This document shows, piece after piece, positions 32,475 to 41,767 of a stretch of DNA of 64,000 nt. The notes below the pieces were generated by a model that had not been told where the DNA came from, did not search any database, and worked only from the letters and a program-made list of their open reading frames with translations. How positions within the stretch are numbered: the stretch's first letter is position 1; the number at the start of each line of letters is the position of its first letter. The stretch comes from a virus: IMG/VR virus record IMGVR_UViG_3300025828_000014; one strand, 5' to 3'. The translations under genes and the position numbers were made by a program.

Positions 32475-33750
32475 AGAACATCTATTAAAAAAGAATAAAG
32501 CGTTCTGTATCCTGCCTTGGATACACATGCACGCCTGGCCTGATGGTAGAGCTATGCCTTGCTGTATTGCAGACAGTGATCAACCTTTTGGCAATGTAAA
32601 AGAAAACACTATTGCAGAAGTATGGAACAGCGACAAGTATCGAGAACTACGTCTTGCTATGTTAAAAGGTGAGAAACTGGATTGCTGTAGACGTTGCTAC
32701 GAACTTGAAGACAGCACTTACATTTGGACATTGCGCAAAAATCACAATCAATGGTTTGGTGATAAGCATTTTGATTTGGTAGAAAAAACAAATGCTGATG
32801 GCAGCATTGACGAAATGCGCATGGCATACATGGACATACGTTTCAGCAATATTTGCAATATGAAGTGTAGGACATGCGGGCCTGAGTTAAGCAGTTTACA
32901 TGCACAAGAACACGGTGAACTATATGGCAAACACGAAGTTGCAAACATACTCAAAAACAACGGCAGCATTATTGTTAATGTTGCAAAGCACAAAAACTTT
33001 TGGGATGAATTGCAGCAATACTTGCCTGATGTTGAAGAAGTATACTGGGCAGGTGGTGAGCCACTGATTACAAACGAACACTATAAGATTTTAGATCATT
33101 GGATTGAAACTGGCAAAACAGATGTAAGATTACGCTATACCACAAACTTCAGTAATTTAAGATTCAAGCAAAAAAGTATTATTGATTATTGGAGAGAATT
33201 TCCTGATATTCAAGTTAGTGCAAGTTTAGATGCAATGGGTGCAAGAGCAGAATTTATGCGTCATGGAACACATTGGGAAACTGTAGAGCGTAATAGACAA
33301 GAAATGCTTGAAGCATTGCCTAACATACACTTTGAACTTACTCCTACTATAAGTTTGTATAACGTGTGGAATTGGCCTGACTTTCATATGAATTGGGTAG
33401 AACGTGGATTAGTAGACATTGAAAATTGTAGATTAAACATGCTTACAGATCCTGACTTTATGAGACTTGATAGTATACCCAATGATTTTAAAATAGAATT
33501 ACGCAGCAAGTATATTGATTACAAAGCATGGGCATATGATAAAATCAAAGATCGTATTGCTACAAAGCCTGATGTTGTAAAAGATGTATTAGGAAAAATT
33601 GATAGTGTTATACAGTTTATGAACACTGGCAAACTTGATACTGTAAAACTAAAGCAATTCTTTGAAAAAAATCACGGATTAGATCAACATCGCAAAGAAG
33701 ATTTTTGGGCAACATTTCCAGAGTTGGAGTGGCTAAGAGCATATGTCTAA
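32467..33750 (+). CDS. Radical SAM protein, type A (tandem paralog of 31254)
   Basis: DIRFSNICNMKCRTCG versus DIRFSNICNFKCRTCG in the preceding gene; FCILPWIH...PCC...CRRC. Confidence 0.88.
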   Translation: MDKEHLLKKNKAFCILPWIHMHAWPDGRAMPCCIADSDQPFGNVKENTIAEVWNSDKYRELRLAMLKGEKLDCCRRCYELEDSTYIWTLRKNHNQWFGDKHFDLVEKTNADGSIDEMRMAYMDIRFSNICNMKCRTCGPELSSLHAQEHGELYGKHEVANILKNNGSIIVNVAKHKNFWDELQQYLPDVEEVYWAGGEPLITNEHYKILDHWIETGKTDVRLRYTTNFSNLRFKQKSIIDYWREFPDIQVSASLDAMGARAEFMRHGTHWETVERNRQEMLEALPNIHFELTPTISLYNVWNWPDFHMNWVERGLVDIENCRLNMLTDPDFMRLDSIPNDFKIELRSKYIDYKAWAYDKIKDRIATKPDVVKDVLGKIDSVIQFMNTGKLDTVKLKQFFEKNHGLDQHRKEDFWATFPELEWLRAYV

Positions 33751-34711
33751 TTTACTAAAAATCACACCAATGTCAGAACCTTATGCTACCATTACGTGGC
33801 AAGTGAATAACTTTTGTAACTTCCAGTGCAGTTATTGTAATCCAGGAAACTGGGCAGGTGATAATCGCAACAATGGAGCTCTTGATACTTACAAAGAAAA
33901 TGTAAGAAATATATTTCAACAATATCAAGACCGAGGCTATAAGTATTTTAAAATATTTTACAGCGGAGGAGAACCTACTCATTGGGAAAACTTTATTCCA
34001 CTTACTGAATACTTGAAAGAAGAATTAGGTGATAGTCTTACTGTTGCTGTAAACACAAACCTATCAAGGCCTTTACGTTATTGGGAACAGCATTATCATT
34101 TGTTTGATGACATTGTTGCAAGTTTTCATGTAGAGTTTAGCAAAAAAGATCGTTATATTGAAAATGCAAAATTTTTATGCGACAAGGTTGATTATCTTTG
34201 CACAAAGATGCTAATGCACGAAGAACGCTTTTGGGAAGTAAAAGAGTTTGGAGAACGGGTGCGCAAAGAAGTGCCAAACTATAACTTAGAATGGACTCCA
34301 CTGTTTGATGAAATGAGTGTAAATGCAGGCCCGTGGGAATACAAAGATCCTGCAAAAGTAGAGTTTTTAGAAAAAGCACAATTTGAAAGTGTGCAAACTA
34401 TTTCGAAACCTCACAGACAAAACAAAGCAATTAGCAATGCACATTACGACACAGGAATAGAACCTGTAAACAGCAATAAAATTATTGCTGCCCGACAAAA
34501 CTTTTTTGCTGGGTGGAAATGTTTTGTAGATGATGCACTTTTTATCAATCCACGTGGTGATATCAGTAGTGCGAGTTGTGGCGTAGGTAATAATCACGGA
34601 AATATATTAGATAAAGACTTGACATTTGATTTGCAACCAGTTATATGTAGTAAACAACATTGTCATTGTGGAACTGATATAATTATTCCAAAGGAACCTA
34701 TTAATGATTGA
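33743..34711 (+). CDS. Radical SAM protein with C-terminal Cys-rich domain (type B)
   Basis: CNFQCSYC, SGGEPT; C-terminal 'NFFAGWKC...I.P.G....SC...GNI...C...CHCGTD'. Confidence 0.85.
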   Translation: MSNLLKITPMSEPYATITWQVNNFCNFQCSYCNPGNWAGDNRNNGALDTYKENVRNIFQQYQDRGYKYFKIFYSGGEPTHWENFIPLTEYLKEELGDSLTVAVNTNLSRPLRYWEQHYHLFDDIVASFHVEFSKKDRYIENAKFLCDKVDYLCTKMLMHEERFWEVKEFGERVRKEVPNYNLEWTPLFDEMSVNAGPWEYKDPAKVEFLEKAQFESVQTISKPHRQNKAISNAHYDTGIEPVNSNKIIAARQNFFAGWKCFVDDALFINPRGDISSASCGVGNNHGNILDKDLTFDLQPVICSKQHCHCGTDIIIPKEPIND

Positions 34712-35459
34712 TCATTTGTTTATTAACGGGTGCAGTCATACAGCTGGAAGTGAAATTGAAGGCAGTGGTATAGGCGAAGGCAACTATAACAGAGAAAATT
34801 GTTATTCTGCACAAATAGCAAAAAAACTTAATTGGAAATATACAAATATTGCCATGCCTGGCGGCAGCAATGATTATATCAAAAGAACAACATTACTTTG
34901 GATATTAGATAATCCTAAACAAGCAAAAACCACACATTTTTTTATTAATTGGACAGGTGCTGAACGCACTGAATATTTTTATGATCATTTGGATGAGCAC
35001 AGTGACACAAACAAGTTTATTCCTTATACACCTGATAAAAATGTATTACATTTGCATCCTCAACATTATCCTGATTGGGCTCCAGTTTCTATACGTAAAA
35101 ACTTAGATTCATTAAGTAAACATCTTTTTATTAATCCTGTGCAATGGCAAGTAAACAGGTATATGAATATAATTGAATTACAAAGTTTTTTCAAAGCAAA
35201 TAATTTAAGTTATACATTTAGGAATAGTTTTCAAGCATGTGAAAATTCTAAAAGATACAAATATTATGCTGATAAAATTGACAAAGAAAATTTTTTATAT
35301 TGGGATGATGAAAATTACAGCTTTTTTGAAAATTGTCTAAACCAAGGACACAGTGTTGAAGGACAAATGTATTGGCATCATAGATTGCCTGCTCATACAT
35401 ACTGGGCTAATGAACTTTGGGAATCTAATTTTAAATTGTATTCATCAAACCATTTATAA
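34704..35459 (+). CDS. SGNH/GDSL-like protein (GCSxT variant)
   Basis: 'LFINGCSHTAG', 'NIAMPGGSND', C-terminal His 'WHHR..AH..WA'. Confidence 0.6.
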   Translation: MIDHLFINGCSHTAGSEIEGSGIGEGNYNRENCYSAQIAKKLNWKYTNIAMPGGSNDYIKRTTLLWILDNPKQAKTTHFFINWTGAERTEYFYDHLDEHSDTNKFIPYTPDKNVLHLHPQHYPDWAPVSIRKNLDSLSKHLFINPVQWQVNRYMNIIELQSFFKANNLSYTFRNSFQACENSKRYKYYADKIDKENFLYWDDENYSFFENCLNQGHSVEGQMYWHHRLPAHTYWANELWESNFKLYSSNHL

Positions 35460-36745
35460 TTCTTTTGCAAAACATTATAATTGTGCATCAACCTTGGTAT
35501 CAATTTTTTGTAAATTTTCCTACAATCTTCTATACTAAATGAATCTATATATTTTATAGTATTACAAACTTCTACCAATCTGTCGCTTGTGCATTGGATA
35601 TCATCATAATCTTCAGGCCAAAAGTCACTGAATGTTTTGTATCCCATTTCTTTCAAATATTTTAATGTGTGTGGTGCTGCTACTAAAACAAATGGTCTAA
35701 AACTTTTCATTGCATTGAGTGTCTTTTCGCTGACATTTGGCCAAGGTTGAGTAACTCTACTTTCGTTTATGATTGCGCAAAACACACGTTCGTAGGTTTT
35801 ATATGGATCTTGTGTTCTACGTCTGTTATACATACCTGGCGTATTGTAATCAGGATCGCCTTGTTTTAAATCGCAAGATATAGGATTTTTAACTTCAAAA
35901 CTCAAAGGAAGTTGTGGTTGCAATAATTCATTTCCTTTTAATAGTGATTGACTCATAGCAGGATGTTTATTTGCAAACTTTTCCCAATCAAACCACATAT
36001 TTGCAATCATGTCTTCGTTGCTTGATTTATGATAAAAACTAATCTCGTTATCTTTTGTCAATCCTTCGCTTGCAAGAAATGCTGTTATAAAATGTCTACT
36101 TGGATCATATCTCCATGACCCACTAAAAAACTTCTTTCTAATTTTTTTATATTCTATAACTGGATAGATATCACCTGGAAGCATGCCACTTCTGTTATAT
36201 TCTTCTTGTAATTGAAATCTACTACTATACCAACTTACAAATAAATCCATGCTTCTTAATTTTATATAGGGATATATTTTTTGATAATATTCCCAACTTT
36301 TATGATCAGTGCAGTATACATACAAATCTATGTCATTTTCTTTAGCCCATTGATTTAATGTATCAAGTTCGTAGCATCTAATTTTGTTTAATTTTTCAGG
36401 CTCGTTGTCAATTTTAAGAATATGAGGTTCTAGTTTTCCCCAAGGATTAGGAATATAGTGTGTAAGCACTTCCATAAAGAAAAAATGCACACGCTGAGTT
36501 TTCAAAATGTTGGTGTGTGTATCACTTATAAAAAGTTTATCTAGATTAGGAATATTATGAGTGCCATTGTAGATTATTAATGGTTCTTTAAATTTACCAA
36601 CAAAACTTTCTTTGGTAATATCCATCAGCATTTCTATTTTGCTTATTTGTCGCAACGGTGCTCTATTACCGTCTTGCATTATTAGCTCAGGTAGGCATTT
36701 ATTTCTTGGGCTAAAGTAAAGACAATTAAACCAGTTATATGACAC
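35393..36745 (-). CDS. Glycosyltransferase-like protein (GT-B/GT10-like C-terminus)
   Basis: 'FCAIINES.....NVSEKTLNAM...RPFVLV...LKYLKEMGYKTFSDFWPEDYD'; GTG start with GGAG SD. Confidence 0.55.
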   Translation of the reverse strand: MSYNWFNCLYFSPRNKCLPELIMQDGNRAPLRQISKIEMLMDITKESFVGKFKEPLIIYNGTHNIPNLDKLFISDTHTNILKTQRVHFFFMEVLTHYIPNPWGKLEPHILKIDNEPEKLNKIRCYELDTLNQWAKENDIDLYVYCTDHKSWEYYQKIYPYIKLRSMDLFVSWYSSRFQLQEEYNRSGMLPGDIYPVIEYKKIRKKFFSGSWRYDPSRHFITAFLASEGLTKDNEISFYHKSSNEDMIANMWFDWEKFANKHPAMSQSLLKGNELLQPQLPLSFEVKNPISCDLKQGDPDYNTPGMYNRRRTQDPYKTYERVFCAIINESRVTQPWPNVSEKTLNAMKSFRPFVLVAAPHTLKYLKEMGYKTFSDFWPEDYDDIQCTSDRLVEVCNTIKYIDSFSIEDCRKIYKKLIPRLMHNYNVLQKNYKWFDEYNLKLDSQSSLAQYV

Positions 36746-36763
36746 TATGACTCCGATGTTTTT

Positions 36764-36783
36764 TAAATATACGTAGTTATTTA
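36764..36783. promoter_or_regulatory. Overlapping divergent late-promoter motifs
   Basis: TAAATA on + at 36764-36769 and on - at 36778-36783, within a 53-nt divergent gap; both genes have a GGAG SD. Confidence 0.5.
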
Positions 36784-36798
36784 TTTGGAGTAATTTTT

Positions 36799-37575
36799 AT
36801 GGCCCTCTATTTTCAAAAAAATAGTCCTTTGCTAGTTGATCGAGAAACAAACGGTAAAAGCATGTATTTTTTCTCAACCGACGATCAAGACGAATATAAA
36901 AAGAATTGTAAAAAAATGCCAAAAGACTGGAAATATCATAAAGAAACAATTCAATATAATTTTAACAGCCTAGGTTATCGAACGCAAGAAATAAATGATA
37001 TTTCAAAACCTTTTCTACTTGCAACTGGATGTAGTTATACAGAGGGTGTTGGGTTAAACACTGAAGATATATGGTGTAGTATGTTAGCAAATGAGTTGCA
37101 ACTTGATTTAGTCAATATAGGAAAACAAGCTAGTAGTCCTGAAGTTCTACATTTTAACAGTCTTTTATGGAAGTTAAATAATTTACCCTTGCCAAAATTA
37201 GTAGTAGCACAGTGGCCACAGATTACAAGAAAACAATTTGGATTTGAAGATGATGATGGCAGTATTCGTTGGAAAGATATGAGTGGAACAAGATCAATTG
37301 ACGGAAAATGGTGGGGCAAAAGATACATTCAAGACATAGGAGAACTTAAAAAATCTGTGTTTGCAAGTATTGAAAGCTTCAATCTAGTATGGCAAAGTTT
37401 AGGAGTTCCTGTTGTAAACTTTACTTGGGAAGGAGAACTAGATTTTTTATTAAGTGTTGATATGCAATATATTAATCCTACGTCAGGAAGCATGGAGGCT
37501 AGAGATTGTATGCATGACGGAGTTGAATTTCACAGACAAACTGTGGATCAATTATTAGCCTCTAACAAGATCTAA
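36799..37575 (+). CDS. SGNH/GDSL-like protein
   Basis: 'YNFNSLGYRT', 'LATGCSYTEGVG', 'NIGKQASS', 'ARDCMHDG' (DxxH). Confidence 0.65.
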   Translation: MALYFQKNSPLLVDRETNGKSMYFFSTDDQDEYKKNCKKMPKDWKYHKETIQYNFNSLGYRTQEINDISKPFLLATGCSYTEGVGLNTEDIWCSMLANELQLDLVNIGKQASSPEVLHFNSLLWKLNNLPLPKLVVAQWPQITRKQFGFEDDDGSIRWKDMSGTRSIDGKWWGKRYIQDIGELKKSVFASIESFNLVWQSLGVPVVNFTWEGELDFLLSVDMQYINPTSGSMEARDCMHDGVEFHRQTVDQLLASNKI

Positions 37576-38556
37576 TGTGCAACAATGAAAACACCCACCT
37601 AGTGTTCTAGCATGACGCAGCGGTAGCATAGCACATTCAATACCATGTGCTTCTAATGCTTTACGTGTTGGTTCTTGATGTTCTTCTAACACAACAAGAT
37701 TAGGGTTCACACTAAACAAGTTTACATTCCAAGTCCATATACTGCTATTACACAGTCCAGGATAGTGTCCAGCATCAACAGGATCTGGTGCCCAAATTAC
37801 ATCCCAGGTGTTGAATGGTGCAGGCAAAACGTCCATGCTTTTAATTCTACTTGGATTAGCAAGTAATAGTCCTTCACGTAAGAAAGCAATGGTGCTGTCA
37901 ATGTGCATATAACTGTAAACATCTTCAAGGCGATGAACACGTATGTTGCCTGGCTCAGAAAAACTATTTTCAGGTTTGTTTATCCATGTGCTTAAATAAG
38001 CAGCACCTGCTTTGTTGCCACTATTGCTTACCAAATACAAAATATCGTCGTTGGCTCTAATTGCGTTAGCAGCGTCAAAGCATGGTGCTACTTCAGTGAG
38101 GGCAAGGCGATCTGGATCTCCGACACAGGATTCGTCATACAATCCTGTTCTGTCTATGCTGTGTCCTATTTCAATAGGAGCAACACCAGGCAGTAGATGT
38201 CGCCATTCTGTTTCTCTTGCTGCGAGGGCCATTGGAGCAGCAAAAGCTCTGTTGCCATGAACAAATACAGTATCACGTGGGCAGTAGTTATAGTATTCAA
38301 CTTCTGGTGTGCGCTTAGGTCTGACAACTTCGACACCTTCGCCTTCTAAAAACTTTACAAAAGTTTCAAGATCTTCGTTTGATTCTTCTACAACTTGATC
38401 AGGATATAGACCAGCCTTTACATCACTTACATCCTGCCTGTCTGCGTAATTAATTACACGTAGACTTTCGTCCATCTCAGGAATGCGGCAATAGTCAGCG
38501 ACTCCAACACAAACCTTTTTCAATGGATCCCATTCGTTTACACTATAAATATTCAT
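37555..38556 (-). CDS. Amidinotransferase (glycine / scyllo-inosamine-4-phosphate amidinotransferase family)
   Basis: 'SVNEWDPLKKVCVG', 'YCPRD', 'FDAAN', 'HIDST', 'RTLGGCFHCCTLD' supply the Asp-His-Cys triad. Start placed at ATG 38556, because the 38592 start overlaps the divergent gene. Confidence 0.88.
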   Translation of the reverse strand: MNIYSVNEWDPLKKVCVGVADYCRIPEMDESLRVINYADRQDVSDVKAGLYPDQVVEESNEDLETFVKFLEGEGVEVVRPKRTPEVEYYNYCPRDTVFVHGNRAFAAPMALAARETEWRHLLPGVAPIEIGHSIDRTGLYDESCVGDPDRLALTEVAPCFDAANAIRANDDILYLVSNSGNKAGAAYLSTWINKPENSFSEPGNIRVHRLEDVYSYMHIDSTIAFLREGLLLANPSRIKSMDVLPAPFNTWDVIWAPDPVDAGHYPGLCNSSIWTWNVNLFSVNPNLVVLEEHQEPTRKALEAHGIECAMLPLRHARTLGGCFHCCTLDLVRG

Positions 38557-38566
38557 ACAGTATTTA
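38544..38566. promoter_or_regulatory. Divergent late-promoter motifs
   Basis: TATAAATA on + at 38544-38551; TAAATA on - at 38561-38566, 4 nt before the ATG at 38556. Confidence 0.55.
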
Positions 38567-38575
38567 AGGCAATAT

Positions 38576-39283
38576 ATGCGCAGATTATTCACATTTGGTT
38601 GCAGTTTTACTCATTACTATTGGCCTTGTTGGCCTGAAATTTTAGATAGAGAATTAACTGACACACAAGTTTACAATTATGGTTTAGCAGGTATAGGTAA
38701 TGTTGGTATTAGCTATAGAATTATGGAAGCTGATGTAAAACATAAATTTACAGAAGACGATGAAATTATGATATTATGGACCAGTTGGAATCGAGAGGAT
38801 AGAATACTTGGCGAAGGATTTGCACAATACGGCAATGTTTTTAGTAATATAGGTGAACGTATTTGGAATAAGTATCACAAGTATTTTTGGAATTGGGAAC
38901 ACGATATTGTAAAAAATGTCACTGCTATAAATCAAGTAAATGGCACATATAAAGATTTAATAAAATTTCAAGCAAGTGCATTTAAGTCTTCTTGGGAAGA
39001 TACTGAAATAGCTGGACCTGTTGTAAATAATTTGTATAATAAATTTGCTGCTACATTACCAGAAATGAAATATTTTCAAGCAGAAAAAGGCAGTAAATCT
39101 TTTGGTGTTTTAGATGATTCACATCCTGATATTATAGATCATTTAGATATAGTTGAAAATATTATAGGCGTTGAAGTATCCAATGAAAATAAAAATTATT
39201 GGCAAAATTTGCAAAAACAAATACAAGATGGTAAAAAAATAGAAGATGTATTTGATTTTAATCCAAGAGAGTTTATGAAATGA
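38576..39283 (+). CDS. SGNH/GDSL-like protein
   Basis: 'RLFTFGCSFT', 'NYGLAGIGN', 'DDSHPD'. Confidence 0.65.
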   Translation: MRRLFTFGCSFTHYYWPCWPEILDRELTDTQVYNYGLAGIGNVGISYRIMEADVKHKFTEDDEIMILWTSWNREDRILGEGFAQYGNVFSNIGERIWNKYHKYFWNWEHDIVKNVTAINQVNGTYKDLIKFQASAFKSSWEDTEIAGPVVNNLYNKFAATLPEMKYFQAEKGSKSFGVLDDSHPDIIDHLDIVENIIGVEVSNENKNYWQNLQKQIQDGKKIEDVFDFNPREFMK

Positions 39284-40338
39284 ATTTCCCAATTGATAAT
39301 AATGGATGTATTTGGTGGTTTGTATGGGCTCATAGTGTGAGTGTCCAAATGGCTGACGAGTTAAAAAAAGAAATGCAACGTCCTGAATGTAAAACTTTAT
39401 ATTTGATAGGATTTGAAGAATATGAAATTATTTACATTTTTAATGATAAAAACTCTTGGAAAGAATTTCTTGCATTTGCAAATGAAAATAATGTAAATGT
39501 TTATTTGTTTAGACCAGCATACTTAGGTAAATTAAATCATAGACATTACATTACACAAGGTAAAAACTTAGTGCAATTTATGCATTACTTTGCAAACGCA
39601 GTTTTACATTCTCATATAGATCGAAATTGGAAATTACATAAAGTTAATAAACCAAAAAAATTGTTTACAAGTTTAAACAATAGAGGGCATCCTCATCGAT
39701 GTATTTTTATGGATATGTTGTATAAAAACAAATGTGAAAATTATGGTCACATTTCTTGGTCAACAAACAATATTTCACAAGAACACCAATGGAAATATTT
39801 TACTGATTATATGATTGCTAAAAGATTAGATTGGAAAGGAAGGGACGGCGAAATACTATACCCTCCAGAGCAATTTAGTGATAGTGCATTGAGTGTAGTT
39901 TGTGAAAGCAACACAGAATGTTTGTTTATGACAGAAAAAACTTTTGTGCCAATCTTACATCAACGTCCTTTTATTACATTTAGTGTGCCTAACTATCATA
40001 AAGCACTTGTTGAATTAGGATTTGATTTATATGATAATCTTTTTGATTATAGTTTTGACAGTATAGAAGACGATGAAGCCCGTGCAGATGCAGTGTGGCA
40101 ACAGGTAGCAAAATACAAGGATCATAATTATTCACGCATATATGATGCTTGCGAATATAAAATAAAACATAATTTTCAACATTTAATTGAAATGATTAAA
40201 TCAACTGAAAATATATTTCCTCCAGAAGTATATAAAAATTTTTCTACTACTAATAATGAACATTTTAATAATCATTATAAAGATAAAATATTTTTTGATT
40301 CAAAACGTATAAACAAATGGATTATTCAAAATGGATAG
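39280..40338 (+). CDS. Glycosyltransferase-like protein (GT-B/GT10-like)
   Basis: 'FTSLNNRGHPHR', 'SVVCES....FMTEKTFVPI...RPFI....LGFDLYD..FDYSFD'. Confidence 0.55.
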   Translation: MNFPIDNNGCIWWFVWAHSVSVQMADELKKEMQRPECKTLYLIGFEEYEIIYIFNDKNSWKEFLAFANENNVNVYLFRPAYLGKLNHRHYITQGKNLVQFMHYFANAVLHSHIDRNWKLHKVNKPKKLFTSLNNRGHPHRCIFMDMLYKNKCENYGHISWSTNNISQEHQWKYFTDYMIAKRLDWKGRDGEILYPPEQFSDSALSVVCESNTECLFMTEKTFVPILHQRPFITFSVPNYHKALVELGFDLYDNLFDYSFDSIEDDEARADAVWQQVAKYKDHNYSRIYDACEYKIKHNFQHLIEMIKSTENIFPPEVYKNFSTTNNEHFNNHYKDKIFFDSKRINKWIIQNG

Positions 40339-41146
40339 ATTATTTGCTTTTGGTTGTAGTTTTACAAGGTATGGCTGGCCTACATGGGCAGATATTATGG
40401 CACTTGATAAAGGTGTAGACTTTTATAATTTTGCAATTGCTGGCTTGGGTAATGTTGGTATTGCAAGTAGGGTGTTTGAAGCAGATGCTAAATTTAATTT
40501 TACAGAACATGATAAAATTGTAATACTATGGTCTGGTTTTGAAAGATTTGACTGGATAACAAATACTCATTGGGAAAATTATGGAAGTGTGTTTCATGCA
40601 CCAAAAGAACGTAGGCTTTGGCATCAACGTAATTGGAGTGTAACTAACGATATTGTAAGAAACTATACCTCTATTTTATCAGTAAATAAATCTTTTAAAG
40701 AAAACATATTATGGCAAGCCCATGCATTTGATCCAATACTTGCAGAACACGGATTATCTGGTATAGATTATTCTCAACAAGATCTAAAAATTGCAAAAGG
40801 CTTAAAAAATTTATATGACAAAAAGCTACCTAATATTACAGTTAGAGAATTTGACGATTTGAAATTATGTTTTAAGGTTGTAGAAGATATTCATCCAGAT
40901 ATTGCTAGTCATAAAAATTTATTAGTTGAAAATGTTTACAAAGACTTAGGCTGGACATTAACTAAATCTACACATAAATTAATAGACCAATTGCAACATG
41001 ATATTGAGATATATGTTCAAACAAATCGTATTAAGGATTCGCATATATTGCAAGATTATTTGTGCAGAGAGCTACGTAAAAACGACAAATACCAACCTAT
41101 TCACAGATTATTCAAATCATATGAGCTACCTGATCATATATATTAG
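40331..41146 (+). CDS. SGNH/GDSL-like protein (paralog of 38576)
   Basis: 'RLFAFGCSFT', 'NFAIAGLGNVGI', 'EDIHPD'. Confidence 0.65.
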   Translation: MDRLFAFGCSFTRYGWPTWADIMALDKGVDFYNFAIAGLGNVGIASRVFEADAKFNFTEHDKIVILWSGFERFDWITNTHWENYGSVFHAPKERRLWHQRNWSVTNDIVRNYTSILSVNKSFKENILWQAHAFDPILAEHGLSGIDYSQQDLKIAKGLKNLYDKKLPNITVREFDDLKLCFKVVEDIHPDIASHKNLLVENVYKDLGWTLTKSTHKLIDQLQHDIEIYVQTNRIKDSHILQDYLCRELRKNDKYQPIHRLFKSYELPDHIY

Positions 41147-41699
41147 GATAATCTTTCCATGTCCACAATTTTGGAGTAGACCTAATAGCATCTGGCAGTT
41201 TGTCTAAACCTAATTGTGCTGTTTCTGGCGTCATGTAATAATGGTAACCCATACTGTTAATATCTTGTTCTGCCCAAGGAGCATTTCTGTGTCTACCGTC
41301 ATATCCTAATTTTATTAAATCATCTTTTTCTTCTTTGCTGCTTAACAAAATCATGCCACCTCTGCCTAAACTAAGATGCTTCCGGTATTGAAAACTCAAA
41401 CACATGTAACTATCTTTTATATAACTGTTTCGTCTCCATAAAACAGCAGCATCATATATGTTGCTGTGTAAGTTATAATATTCTTCCCATCTACAGTTAG
41501 CCCAAGATACAGTTGCTCCTATTTTTTTAGCTGCCATTGGCACACTTAAATATGTTTGTTTTGGAACCGTAACATGTTTTATTTGTTTATAACGCAAAAC
41601 TAATTCAATAGCATGAGTGCAGCAGTCGGTGCTTACAGCATACGGAGCACCAAAAAAATCTGCTATTTGTCTTTCAAACTCATCTACAATATCGAACAT
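41112..41699 (-). CDS. DegT/DnrJ/EryC1/StrS-family PLP aminotransferase, shortened
   Basis: 'FERQIADFFGAPYAVSTDCCTHAI', 'YDAA', 'LSFQYRKHLSLGRGGMIL' (PLP lysine), 'GYHYYMTPETAQLG'. Start at ATG 41699, 4 nt after TAAATA. Confidence 0.8.
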   Translation of the reverse strand: MFDIVDEFERQIADFFGAPYAVSTDCCTHAIELVLRYKQIKHVTVPKQTYLSVPMAAKKIGATVSWANCRWEEYYNLHSNIYDAAVLWRRNSYIKDSYMCLSFQYRKHLSLGRGGMILLSSKEEKDDLIKLGYDGRHRNAPWAEQDINSMGYHYYMTPETAQLGLDKLPDAIRSTPKLWTWKDYPNIYDQVAHMI

Positions 41700-41703
41700 A
41701 ATG

Positions 41704-41751
41704 TATTTAACCACCAGATCTAATAAACATATACTTAATGGATTGTAAATA
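41704..41751. promoter_or_regulatory. Divergent late-promoter motifs
   Basis: TAAATA on - at 41704-41709; TAAATA on + at 41746-41751 followed by AAGGAG and the ATG at 41768. Confidence 0.55.
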
Positions 41752-41767
41752 TAGTAAGGAGTTTTAC

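Noticed and set aside
38557-38592. Longer ORF-track starts (38592, 41714, 41738, 51651, 30076, 61598)
   Set aside because: The extensions overlap neighbours or promoters; downstream ATGs fit family N-termini and SD or promoter spacing better.
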